A DNA stretch of 64,000 bases, taken from contig JAWLBL010000005.1 in the NCBI GenBank assembly GCA_041687695.1, positions 4,382 to 68,381 of the forward strand, in the 5' to 3' direction. This document shows positions 9,350 through 18,685 of the stretch, in pieces; positions within the stretch are counted from its first letter, which is position 1; every line of letters begins with the position of its first letter. This DNA is from Myxococcota bacterium (GTDB lineage Bacteria > Myxococcota_A > UBA9042 > PHBI01 > JAWLBL01). The notes under the pieces were generated by a model. That model saw only the letters and a program-made list of their open reading frames with translations. It did not search any database and had not been told where the DNA came from. Both the position numbers and the translations under genes were made by a program.

Positions 9350-11884
9350 CTACGCGCAGCCCAGCTTGTCGCGCAGCTCGCGCGCCCGCTGCGGACGGTC
9401 CGCGAAGTACTCGTCCAGCAGGGGCCCGATCTCGGCGTCCAGCACGCTGCCGATCCACTCCTGCGCGCTCTGCCCGCCCGGGCCGCCGCAAAAGAAGCTG
9501 TGCCCGATGGCGAACCCGGCGCCCAGCAGCGGATCGGCGACGATCTCGCGGTTGACCTCGCGCATGCGCTCGCAGACGTCCTCGGCCTCCTCCAGCGGCA
9601 TGCCCCGCTGCGTCAGGAACTTCACGAAGCCTTCCTCGCCGTACCCGGGCTCTAGCGTCACGAACGCGAACCGCCGCCGCAGCGCGTAGTCGACCAGCGC
9701 CAGCGATCGGTCCGCCGTGTTCATCGTGCCGATGATGTGCACGTTCGGGGGGACGAAGAAGCGCTCCCCCGGGTCGCCGGGCTTGCGATAGGCCAACGTC
9801 GTCGACCACTTGGACGAGCGTTTGTCGTGCTCGACGAGCATCATCAGCTCGCCGAAGATGCGCGCTAGATTGCCACGGTTGATCTCGTCGATGAGCACCA
9901 CGTAAGGCACATCCGAGTCGTCCTGACGGGCCGCCTCGCAGAGCCTGACGAAGGGACCGTCGACGACCTCGAAGCCTCCGTCGACCCGAGGCCGGATGCC
10001 GCGCACGAAGTCCTCGTAACCATAGGCCTGGTGGAACTGAACCCGGACGACGTTGTCGCGGGTCGTCCCGCTGGTCAGCAGCTCGGCCAGCCGGTCGGCC
10101 AGCCAGGTCTTGCCGGTGCCCGGCGCGCCCTGCAGCACGACGTTCTTGCGGGTCTTGAGCATCCCGAAGATCTTCCGAAGCAGGTCCCCGGACAGGAAGG
10201 TCTCGTCCTGAATCTGCTCGAGGGTCAGGGTCGGCGTGACCTCCTCCTCGGAGCCGCCGTCGGAGACCGCACTCGGACCTTCCTGTGCTCCCGTCGCCGC
10301 CTCCAGTCGCGCCACCAGCTCGGGGTACCGCCCGATCTCGGTCAGCGTCTTCAAGACCAGGTCCTTGTCGGTCAGCTCGACCTTTCCGGTCCAGAGCCAC
10401 TCGACCGGTCGGCGGTGTGCGTAGGCCTGGCGCGCTGAGTCGTAGTGGTAGGCACCCCGGATGACACCTCGCGCCAGGAGCTCGCGGCGGCCGCGCTTGA
10501 CGAAAACCTCGTCTCCCTCGCTCATCTCGGCCAGGAACTGCCAGGCACAGAGCGTCAGGTTCACCCCCGGCTCGGCGCCGTCGGTCACAGCTCGCATCGC
10601 CTCGCCTATGGCCTCGCGACTGGCGTAGCGCCTCATGTCGCCCACGGGATGCTGATGCATGCGGATCGCGATTTCGCCCGTGCTGACAAAATCGCTCCAC
10701 GCTTCGCCGCCCTCTCCCGCCGCGATCAGCCAAACGCGGCGCCCGGTGACCGTCCTGTCGGACTCGATGGGAGTGTCGGTCGCGTCGGCGCCCATGATGC
10801 GCTCGAGCTCCCACAGATCCATCCGAAGCTCACGCGCCAGCCCGTGCATCTCGGCCGCGAACCGCAAGTAGTTGTCGGCGCCGGACGCCCCGCTCCATTC
10901 CCCGATACCGAGCGCGTTGCGGCCCGAGGAGTAGAAGGCCGGCCACAGAGCCGGCTGTTGCAGCGCCCAGACACCCGACAGGAACACGACGCATCGCCCG
11001 GGATGCACTCCGGTCGCGCCACCGGCGCGCAAGGCGGCCGCCAGGTCGAAGAACTCGTCGATGCCGCGCCGCGCCGCTTCGACGCTGGCTGGAACGGCCA
11101 GGACGCGCCGCAGGGTGACGGCCAGCGTCTCGGGGCTGGTCGCGCCCTTGACCAGGGCGTTGAGGAACATCCCTCCCGAAAAGCTCTTGAGCCCGAACAC
11201 GCTGCCCGGACCGCGGGTCAGCTTGTCGAAGGCGGCCCGAAACTCCTCGAGGCTCATCGAACCGGCCAGAAAGCCGGCGATGGCTTGCTGTAGCCCCGGC
11301 AGGACGCGGTGACGCTGATGAAACCGCGCCCAGGCCTCCTCGAGCGCCGGCAGGTCTTCGTACATCGCCGCCTTGCGCTGTCCCCACTCGCCCTCGGGCA
11401 CGCGGGGCACCAGCCCCTGCGGCATCTGCGGCGCCCGCAGCCTCGCCGCCTCGCCCTCCGCCTCGCGCCAGCGCTCTTCGAGCACCTCGGCCTCGGCCTC
11501 GCTGACCACGAACTGCGTGCCTTGCGTGAAACGCAGGATGGACAGGTCCTTGAGGCGCTCGTCCCCCTTGAGGGTCTCACGCGCGACGACCACCCCCATC
11601 GGCAGCGGCTCGACCTCCTCGAGGCGCCGCTGCACCTTGCCCTCGGCGCTGGCCTCGATCTCGGCGCCCACGACCGCCCGCGCCACGACCCCGGCCGCAT
11701 AGCGGGTCCCCGACGTCGACTGCCACAGGAAGACCCGGTCGCCCTCGCGGATGCGATCGCGGTGCTGGTTGAGGGTCCAGGTCACCTCGCCCGACCGGAA
11801 GTACGGGTGCATCGGGAAGGTCCCCGGATTGCCTTGAAAGATCCACGTCGCCACGGCCGCCTCCGTCCACTTGGGGGCCGCCAT
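9350..11884 (-). CDS. mcrB: McrB family AAA+ GTPase with N-terminal EVE-like reader domain(s)
   Basis: GAPGTGKT, VQFHQAYGYEDF, IDEINRGN, MNTADRS and ALRRRF motifs. N-terminal 'TWIFQGNP...GDRVFLW' is EVE-like. Confidence 0.92.
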   Translation of the reverse strand: MAAPKWTEAAVATWIFQGNPGTFPMHPYFRSGEVTWTLNQHRDRIREGDRVFLWQSTSGTRYAAGVVARAVVGAEIEASAEGKVQRRLEEVEPLPMGVVVARETLKGDERLKDLSILRFTQGTQFVVSEAEAEVLEERWREAEGEAARLRAPQMPQGLVPRVPEGEWGQRKAAMYEDLPALEEAWARFHQRHRVLPGLQQAIAGFLAGSMSLEEFRAAFDKLTRGPGSVFGLKSFSGGMFLNALVKGATSPETLAVTLRRVLAVPASVEAARRGIDEFFDLAAALRAGGATGVHPGRCVVFLSGVWALQQPALWPAFYSSGRNALGIGEWSGASGADNYLRFAAEMHGLARELRMDLWELERIMGADATDTPIESDRTVTGRRVWLIAAGEGGEAWSDFVSTGEIAIRMHQHPVGDMRRYASREAIGEAMRAVTDGAEPGVNLTLCAWQFLAEMSEGDEVFVKRGRRELLARGVIRGAYHYDSARQAYAHRRPVEWLWTGKVELTDKDLVLKTLTEIGRYPELVARLEAATGAQEGPSAVSDGGSEEEVTPTLTLEQIQDETFLSGDLLRKIFGMLKTRKNVVLQGAPGTGKTWLADRLAELLTSGTTRDNVVRVQFHQAYGYEDFVRGIRPRVDGGFEVVDGPFVRLCEAARQDDSDVPYVVLIDEINRGNLARIFGELMMLVEHDKRSSKWSTTLAYRKPGDPGERFFVPPNVHIIGTMNTADRSLALVDYALRRRFAFVTLEPGYGEEGFVKFLTQRGMPLEEAEDVCERMREVNREIVADPLLGAGFAIGHSFFCGGPGGQSAQEWIGSVLDAEIGPLLDEYFADRPQRARELRDKLGCA

Positions 11885-12111
11885 CGAACCCCATGAGCGC
11901 GGCCTTTGTCAATCGCTTCGAACCGGTCCCATCGCGCCCTCGAGGCGAACGCCGCAGCGCCGCTGTCAGCCGCTGTAATGTGACGTGATTCCGGCCGACT
12001 CGGCGGCCGACCGGCCCAAGAGTGCCCCCATCGAACCCTCGGTGCGCTTGACGGGCCATTCCGCATGGCCGGATGCTGTGCTCCGAACCCTCCCGACAAG
12101 GAGACGAGCCC

Positions 12112-12888
12112 ATGGCACTCAAGCACTTGAAGGCGGAGGAGATGGTCCGCCTGTCGCAGCCCATCGTCGACCCCAACCACCCCGAGTACGTGGCCCTGAT
12201 GCAGATCGCGGAGACCGCGGTCATCGTCCCGCATGTGGCGAACGCTCACCACAGCATCATCGCCATCGAGGCCGCGACCCCCGATCCGAAGCGCGTGAGC
12301 GAGATCTCGGCCCAGCAGGCGGAGCTCGACGCGACCCACGACGACCTGCGTCGCGGCTGCTACGCCTGCCTGTCCGGCCTTGCCTTCCTCAGCCGAGACG
12401 CACGCCGCGGCGACGGGTACCGGCTGCTCCGGGATCGGCTGTTCCCCGGTGGCCTCTCGATGACGCGCCTGTCGTACAAGCAGCAGGCCGGCGCGGCCAT
12501 CCTGCTCGAGGGCAAGCTGGACGCGGCCACGCGGGCCAGCCTGGAGGGCATCGCCACCCCGGACGGAACCATGCTCGACGATGTGCGGGAGATCGTGTCG
12601 ACCGGCCGCCGCATTGGAGAACTCGAAGACGAGAAGGTCCCCGCCGGGTCGACGGAGCCGAGCAAGGACAAGCGCGCGGCCGACGCACGCAACGCATGGA
12701 TCAAGGCCATCAACTCGCTGCTGGCGCAGATCGACCTGGCGGCCACGCAAGACGAGGATGTCCTTCGTCTGCGCACCCGGATCGAGGACGATGCCGCGAA
12801 GGCCGGACGCGAGAAGGCGTCGAGCACGACCGAGCAGCCGGCACCGACCGACTCGCAGCCGGCCGAGCCCGTCCCTGAGCCCGCCTGA
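12112..12888 (+). CDS. Hypothetical, probably alpha-helical protein (258 aa), divergent from mcrB and followed by a repeat array
   Basis: AAGGAG RBS, ATG at 12112, strong GC3 bias. Confidence 0.8.
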   Translation: MALKHLKAEEMVRLSQPIVDPNHPEYVALMQIAETAVIVPHVANAHHSIIAIEAATPDPKRVSEISAQQAELDATHDDLRRGCYACLSGLAFLSRDARRGDGYRLLRDRLFPGGLSMTRLSYKQQAGAAILLEGKLDAATRASLEGIATPDGTMLDDVREIVSTGRRIGELEDEKVPAGSTEPSKDKRAADARNAWIKAINSLLAQIDLAATQDEDVLRLRTRIEDDAAKAGREKASSTTEQPAPTDSQPAEPVPEPA

Positions 12889-12933
12889 AGGTTGAGCGGT
12901 GGGCCGATGCGTCGCTGTCGCGATGGTCGAAGG

Positions 12934-13480
12934 GGTTCGAACCACTTGGGGCGCTGTCGCGATGGCCTGAAGTGGTTCGAACCACTTGGGGCGCTGCCGC
13001 GATGGCCTGAAGTGGTTCGAACCACTTGGGGCGCTGTCGCGACGGCCTGAAGTGGTTCGAACCGGTTCCCATGCCTCGTGCGAAGGGGCCGCAACGGGTT
13101 CGAACCACTCGGGGCGCTGTCGCGACGGCCTCGAGTGGTTCGAACCGGTTCCCATGCCTCGTGCGAAGGGGCCGCAACGGGTTCGAACCACTCGGGACGC
13201 TGTCGCGATGGCCCGAGGTGGGTTCGAACCGGTCCGAAGGCTTTGCGACGAGGGTCTCGACGGGTTCGAACCTCTGTCGCCCCGTCGGGCGATGCGCTCG
13301 GAGCGGTTCGAACCTCAGTCATGGTGTGCCGTCACGGCACCAGAGTGGTTCGAACCGCGCCGCGGGGCTGCCGTGAAGCCCCCCGAGTGGTTCGAAACCA
13401 CGGAACACACTCCTGAGCCGGCCGCGAGCCGGTTTCGACCAGCCAGCGCTCGAGGAGGCACTCGCCTTCGCTGCTTCGAA
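12934..13480. repeat. Periodic array: palindromic GGTTCGAACC core every 40-43 bp with variable spacers (about 14 units)
   Basis: TTCGAA at 12936, 12976, 13016, 13056, 13099, 13139, 13182, 13223, 13265, 13307, 13349 and 13391; degenerate cores at 13434 and 13475. Confidence 0.9.
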
Positions 13481-13627
13481 GCCGCTCGTCGGGTGGGTGA
13501 TCGGCACCGGGGGGGGGCCGGCGACTCCCGTTCCCGCTTGCCCGCCTTCGTGGGACGGCGCTAGGTTGCCGTGTCCCCGGCTGTCTCCGGCATTGGGTGC
13601 GGGAGGCGGGCTCGTCAGGAGGTTTTG

Positions 13628-14308
13628 ATGGTGGCGTCCGTGCGTGGCGTCGGTCGATGCGTGTGCTGTGGGCGCGAGCTGTCGGCGGCGGGGATGAGCC
13701 GGCATCTGGCGACGTGCAAGGGGCGGCCGGTCGGCAAGGGCAGGTCGTTCCACCTACTGTTCGAGTCCGAGGAGCGGCCCGAGTTCTGGATGCACCTCGA
13801 GGCGAACGTCACGACGACGTTTCAGGCGGTCGACGGCACGCTGCGGGCGCTGTGGCTCGAGTGCTGCGGGCACCTGAGCGCGTTCGAGATTCGCGGCGAG
13901 CGCGTCGTGACGGTCCCCGACGACGAGTACGGGCTGGGCGGACTGCCGATGCGCACGCGCCTCGATCGTCTGATGGCGCCGGGCGTGCGGTTCACCTACG
14001 AGTACGACTACGGCTCGACGACCTCGCTGGTCGGCCGCTGCGTGAGCGTCGTCGAGGGCACGAAGAGGGCCCCGACCGTGCGGGTCATCGCGCGTAACCT
14101 GCCGCCCCTGTACCCCTGCGCGCGGTGCCAGTCCGAGGCGACGATGGCCCTGTGGGAGGAGCCGCTCTGCGACGGCTGCACCGAGGCCTCGGGCGAGGCC
14201 GAGTGCGCGCTGCCCCTCGTCGACTCGCCCCGGTGGGGGGGGGGTGCGGCTACGACGGGAACGCCTGACCTCGGGCAGTTTCGCGCCCGACGCGACGGCG
14301 ACCGGTGA
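13628..14308 (+). CDS. Plasmid pRiA4b ORF-3-like protein; C-terminus apparently frameshifted at a G10 tract
   Basis: 'WLECCGHLSAF', 'FTYEYDYGSTT' and CxxC motifs. CAGGAGG RBS. Confidence 0.75.
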   Translation: MVASVRGVGRCVCCGRELSAAGMSRHLATCKGRPVGKGRSFHLLFESEERPEFWMHLEANVTTTFQAVDGTLRALWLECCGHLSAFEIRGERVVTVPDDEYGLGGLPMRTRLDRLMAPGVRFTYEYDYGSTTSLVGRCVSVVEGTKRAPTVRVIARNLPPLYPCARCQSEATMALWEEPLCDGCTEASGEAECALPLVDSPRWGGGAATTGTPDLGQFRARRDGDR

Positions 14309-14337
14309 GGCTGTCGTAGTGACGCCGTCGAGAGCGA

Positions 14338-14456
14338 CCTCGGAGTGCCCAGCGGGCTGGAGCTTCGGCTCCGGTGGCTTGCCTCCGGGATCTCGTCGCC
14401 AAGCCGGCGCAGCAAGCTGCGCCTGATGGGGGCTCCACCAAGGTGGAGCACTCCGC
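14338..14456. repeat. REPIN-like inverted REP doublet
   Basis: CGGAGTGC...GCACTCCG ends; internal hairpins GGCGCAGC-AA-GCTGCGCC and GCTCCACC-AA-GGTGGAGC. The right half recurs at 43205-43255. Confidence 0.7.
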
Positions 14457-14641
14457 GGGGCCTCTGCGGCAGCCTTGGCGGCAGCGGCGCGGCGCGCGGA
14501 GAGGCCGGGGCCAGACGGGCGTAAGCTCGCGCACAGGTCCGGGCGGGCGAGAATGCTTTGCGCGGGTCGTGGTTGATCGGGGATGCTCACGCGCGGCCGA
14601 CCCCTGGCGCGGCCGCACCGACCGACCCCGGAGACCGCCCG

Positions 14642-14992
14642 ATGACCGAGATCGAGATGACGATGCTGCTCGAAGGCGCCCTGCCCTCGCTCAAGCAGGT
14701 GCAGCGCACGCTGGCCCGCGAGGGGATCGCGGCCCAGCTCCTCCAGCCGCCCGGCGGGTGCAGTTCGAACAGTTGAGGCACCAAGCTCTGGCTCGCGGTC
14801 GCGAGCCATCAGCTTGACGACGCCCGCGCGGTCCTCGAGGCCGAGTGGCGCTCGCAGCTCGACGCCGAGGCTCAGGCGGCGAGCGACGTCGTCCTGGACT
14901 TCAGCGCTCCCGAGATGACCTGCCCGGCCTGCTTGACCACCTTCGCGACGGGCCCCGACGAGTGCCCCGAGTGCGGCCTCAACCTGGGCTGA
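14642..14992 (+). CDS. Putative selenoprotein (116 aa): DUF2007-like domain with CSSNSU motif plus C-terminal CPAC/CPEC zinc ribbon
   Basis: In-frame TGA at 14774-14776 (codon 45). The frame continues GTKLWLAV...CPAC...CPECGLNLG to TGA at 14990. A hairpin follows the internal TGA. Confidence 0.75.
14782..14816 (+). promoter_or_regulatory. Bacterial SECIS-like stem-loop
   Basis: CAAGCT/AGCTTG lower stem, TGGCTCGC/GCGAGCCA upper stem, GGTC loop starting 20 nt after the TGA. Confidence 0.7.
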
Positions 14993-15193
14993 CCCGCTCG
15001 CCGTGACCCGGCGCCCGCGCCCCGCGCGCCCGCTCGGCCCTCCAAGCCGGCGCGGGCCGCGAGCCGTGACCCGCCAGCCATGGCGATGGGGTTGTCCGAA
15101 TCGCTCCATCGTGGTCAGCTGACGGACACGGCATCGCGGGACGGCTGGTTGGTCGCTCGTGAAGGGGATTGCACCAGCAGGCAGGAGGGCGCC

Positions 15194-15967
15194 ATGGGCT
15201 CGGGAAGCGAGCTGCAGCCGACGAAGCGTGGAGCAGAGCAGGGCGCGGCGACGGCTCCGGAGGTACCAGCGGGCGTCCGGTCTCGGGACGTTCGCGAGCA
15301 GCTCCGCGGCCTGCCCTACGACGCTCAGGTCGCCCTGCTCACACCCCGGAGAGGCCCGGAGCCCGTGGAACCCGGCCGGCCTCGGCGTGGCACGGAGCGC
15401 GAACCGGATGCCGGTGAGCAATGGGTCGATGACGTTCGCGCCATGAAGCGGGAGTACGATCCCGAACGCGCGGCCAAGCTGGTCGGCGAGGGCGAGAAGC
15501 TGGTGGGAAAGCTTCAATGGAAGGCGACCGAGCCCGAGACGGGGGAATTCCTCGGCTGCGGCTCGGGTCCGTTCTTCTTCGCGTACAAGGCCGGGTTCAT
15601 CACGCTCGAGCAGTTCAAGCACATCCATCAGGGGCCTGACGCAGGCGCGGACGGTCCAGATCTCACGACGCTTCTCTTGCGAGCGTTGGACGTGAAGCCG
15701 TGGGCGGACTGCACGCCAGCCGAGCGCTATCCGACGGCCACGATGCGTGCAGGTGACATCGCCATCTTCACGACCAGGGACTCACCAGGCACCTTCTACG
15801 AGCACATGGCGCTGTGCACCGGGAGCGGTGACGAGATCCTCAGCCTGCAAGCCAACTACGATCCAGAGGCCGAGTCCGATCCGCTGGTCAAGACCACGGT
15901 TCAGGCGTACCTCAGCGGCATGGCAGGCGAGCAGGCCTGCGTCGTCATCCGCCCTTTCCCCTTCTGA
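15194..15967 (+). CDS. Putative papain-fold (NlpC/P60-like) Cys hydrolase effector, copy 1
   Basis: 'GCGSGPF' Cys and 'AGDIAIF...HMALCTG' His motif. No signal peptide. AGGAGG RBS. Confidence 0.55.
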   Translation: MGSGSELQPTKRGAEQGAATAPEVPAGVRSRDVREQLRGLPYDAQVALLTPRRGPEPVEPGRPRRGTEREPDAGEQWVDDVRAMKREYDPERAAKLVGEGEKLVGKLQWKATEPETGEFLGCGSGPFFFAYKAGFITLEQFKHIHQGPDAGADGPDLTTLLLRALDVKPWADCTPAERYPTATMRAGDIAIFTTRDSPGTFYEHMALCTGSGDEILSLQANYDPEAESDPLVKTTVQAYLSGMAGEQACVVIRPFPF

Positions 15968-15979
15968 CGGAATGCCCTC

Positions 15980-16348
15980 ATGACCCGCTGGCTTGCCCTG
16001 ATGCTCCTGGCTGTCGGGGCCTGTGCCCGAGGCCCGCAGCAGGCCGCTGGACCATCAGCCCCTGCTTCGATGTCGCCGGGCTTCATCGAGGCTCGCATGG
16101 TGAACTTCATCATCGCCTCCCGAAGCGAGGGCTACTTCATCCTGGACAAGGGCCAGCGCGCCGGGTTGAGCGTCGGACAACGTGGTCACTTCGAGTGCTA
16201 CCCACACCCCTTCACCGTTCGCGAGGTCACCGCCGACCGGGCGAAGGTCGTCCTGAGCCCCTTCGACCGCAGCCGGGTTCGCGCGCGCGCCCGCGTCGCC
16301 GTCGGCGACCAGCCCTCCGAGCCCTACTGCCCGTCCGAAGCGCCGTAG
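15980..16348 (+). CDS. Small lipoprotein (candidate immunity protein), copy 1
   Basis: Signal peptide with LAVGAC lipobox; 12 bp downstream of the effector. Confidence 0.7.
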   Translation: MTRWLALMLLAVGACARGPQQAAGPSAPASMSPGFIEARMVNFIIASRSEGYFILDKGQRAGLSVGQRGHFECYPHPFTVREVTADRAKVVLSPFDRSRVRARARVAVGDQPSEPYCPSEAP

Positions 16349-16753
16349 CGCCGAGGACGAGGCCGAGGAGCCGTCGAGGTCAGCCCTGTCCATCGCACCT
16401 ACGTGTGTGCGCGCCCAGCTCGACGCCGAGGCTCAGGCGGCGAGCGACGTCGTCCTGGACTTCAGCGCCCCCGAGATGACCTGCCCGGCCTGCCTGACCA
16501 CCGTCCCCACCGGCCCCGACGAGTGCCCCGAGTGCGGCCTCAACCTGGGCTGACCCGCTCGCCCTGACCCGGCGCCCACGCTCGCGCGCCCGCTCGGCAC
16601 TGCAAGCCGGCGCGGGCCGCGAGCCGTGACCCGCCGGCCATGGCGATAGGGTTGTCCGAATCGCCCCATCGTGGTCAGCTAGCGGGCACGGCATCGCGGG
16701 ATGGCTGGTTGGTCGCTCACGAATGGGATTGCACCAGCAGGCAGGAGGGCGCC

Positions 16754-17521
16754 ATGGGCTCGGGAAGCGAGCTGCAGCCGGCGAAGCGTGGAGCAGAGCA
16801 GGGCGCGGCGACGGCTCCGGAGGTACCAGCGGGCGTCCGGTCTCGGGACGTTCGCGAGCAGCTCCGCGGCCTGCCCTACGACGCTCAGGTCGCCCTGCTC
16901 ACACCCCGGAGAGGCCCGGAGCCCGTGGAACCCGGCCGGCCTCGGCGTGGCACGGAGCGCGAACCCGATGCCGGTGCGCAATGGGTCGATGACGTTCGCG
17001 CCATGAAGCGGGAGTACGATCCCGAACGCGCGGCCAAGCTGGTCGGCGAGGGCGAAAAGCTGGTGGGAAAGCTTCAATGGAAGGCGACCGAGCCCGAGAC
17101 GGGGGAATTCCGCGGCTGCGGCTCGGGTCCGTTCTTCTTCGCGTACAAAGCCGGGTTCATCACGCTCGAGCAGCTCAGGCTGATCCATCGCGCTCCCCAG
17201 ACCGGCGGATTGGATGGGACGGCGCTGCTGCTGAAGGCGCTGGATGTGAAGCCATGGTCGGCCTGTTCGGCGGCCGAGCGCTACCCGACCGCCCAGATGC
17301 GAGCGGGTGACATCGCCATTTTCACGACGCCTGACTCGCCCGGAACGTTCTACGAGCACATCGCGCTGTGCACGGGCCAGGGTGACGAAATCCTGAGCTT
17401 GCAACTCAACTCGGCTCCGGAGGCGTCGGACCACCCGTTGGTCAAGACGTCCATTCGGGACTACCTGAAGTCCGAGGCGGCGCCCGACGCGTGCGTCATC
17501 ATCCGTCCGTTTCCTCTATAG
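16754..17521 (+). CDS. Putative papain-fold (NlpC/P60-like) Cys hydrolase effector, copy 2
   Basis: Paralog of 15194-15967: N-half nearly identical, C-half diverged, HIALCTG retained. Confidence 0.55.
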   Translation: MGSGSELQPAKRGAEQGAATAPEVPAGVRSRDVREQLRGLPYDAQVALLTPRRGPEPVEPGRPRRGTEREPDAGAQWVDDVRAMKREYDPERAAKLVGEGEKLVGKLQWKATEPETGEFRGCGSGPFFFAYKAGFITLEQLRLIHRAPQTGGLDGTALLLKALDVKPWSACSAAERYPTAQMRAGDIAIFTTPDSPGTFYEHIALCTGQGDEILSLQLNSAPEASDHPLVKTSIRDYLKSEAAPDACVIIRPFPL

Positions 17522-17530
17522 AGAAGTCCC

Positions 17531-17899
17531 GTGCTTCGCATTGCTCCGCTTCTGCTCGTCGCGCTCGGCGCGTGCAACTCGGCGAGTCACCCGGGCGGAG
17601 GCCCGGGCGCTTCGAGCCCGCCGTCGGCGCAGCACCTCCCCGCCCGGGTCATCAACCTGCTGACGGTCACGCAGACGACGTACTACTACCTGCTCGACCG
17701 GGGCAGCCTGGCCGGCCTGAGCGTCGGCCAGCGCGGCCACTTCGAGTGCTTCCCGCACCCGTTCGTCGTCTCCCAGGTCACCGAGCACCGCGCCTCGGTC
17801 GCCGTGACCGCCCGGGACGGCCGAATCCCTCGCCTTCGCGCCCGCGTCGCCGTCGGCGACCAGCCCTCCGAGCCCTACTGCCCGTCCGAAGCGCAATAG
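17531..17899 (+). CDS. Small lipoprotein (candidate immunity protein), copy 2
   Basis: ALGAC lipobox; shares LDxG..AGLSVGQRGHFEC and ARVAVGDQPSEPYCPSEA with copy 1. Confidence 0.7.
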   Translation: MLRIAPLLLVALGACNSASHPGGGPGASSPPSAQHLPARVINLLTVTQTTYYYLLDRGSLAGLSVGQRGHFECFPHPFVVSQVTEHRASVAVTARDGRIPRLRARVAVGDQPSEPYCPSEAQ

Positions 17900-18105
17900 C
17901 GCCGAGGACGAGGCCGAGGAACCGGCGCGGGCCGCGAGTCGTGACCCGCCGGCCATGGCTCCGTGGCCCGGCTGCGACTCATTCAGGGACACCATGCGGG
18001 CGACTCCGCTGGTCTTCCGCAGAGCGTCGCGACCTCGAGAGCGCCGGAACCGTCGCGTCGGCGCAGCCGACGCCTCATCGCGGGGCTCGGGGGCGCAGCT
18101 CCCGT

Positions 18106-18678
18106 GGCGCGGTCCATAGCGCCGGCGTGGCCGGCGCGGTCCATAGCGCCGGCGTGGCCGGCGCGGTCCACAGCGCCGGCGCGGCCCGCGCGGTCCAGAG
18201 GCCCGACATGGCCGGCGCGGTCCACAGCGCCGGCATGGCCGGCGCGGTCCACAGCGCCGGCGTGGCCGGCGCGGTCCATAGCGCCGGCGTGGCCGGCGCG
18301 GTCCAAAGCGCCGGCATGGCCGGCGCGGTCCACAGCGCCGGCATGGCCGGCGCGGTCCATAGCGCCGGCATGGCCGGCGCGGTCCAGAGCGCCGGCATGG
18401 CCGGCGCGGTCCATAGCGCCGGCATGGCCGGCGCGGTCCAGAGCGCCGACATGGCCGGCGCGGTCCATAGCGCCGGCATGGCCGGCGCGGTCCATAGCGC
18501 CGGCATGGCCGGCGCGGTCCATAGCGCCGACATGGCCGGCGCGGTCCAAAGCGCCGGCGCGGCCCGCGCGGTCCATAGCGCCGGCGTGGCCGGCGCGGTC
18601 CACAGCGCCGGCATGGCCGGCGCGGTCCACAGCGCCGGCGTGGCCGGCGCGGTCCACAGCGCCGACATGGCCGGCGCG
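18106..18678. repeat. Tandem array of 27-bp REP-like hairpins (~21 copies)
   Basis: Unit GCCGGCGC-GGTCCANA-GCGCCGGC-RTG. The same unit occurs at 21768-21820 and inside the 171-bp repeat. Confidence 0.92.
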
Positions 18679-18685
18679 AGGACGC

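Larger units (their letters stand above)
14855..17958. repeat. Tandem duplication, ~1560-bp unit (3' end of selenoprotein gene + effector + lipoprotein), 2 copies plus a short third fragment
   Basis: 14855-15610 matches 16415-17170 at offset 1560. The lipoprotein 3' ends also match. A fragment recurs at 17922-17958. Confidence 0.9.

Noticed and set aside
12934..13400. tRNA genes (GGTTCGAA resembles the T-loop)
   Set aside because: No cloverleaf, acceptor stem or anticodon arm can be built around the cores, and the spacing is too short.
12934..13480. Canonical CRISPR array
   Set aside because: The conserved core is only ~10-14 bp, several spacers are duplicates of each other, and no cas genes are in the window. 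Kept as an unexplained array.
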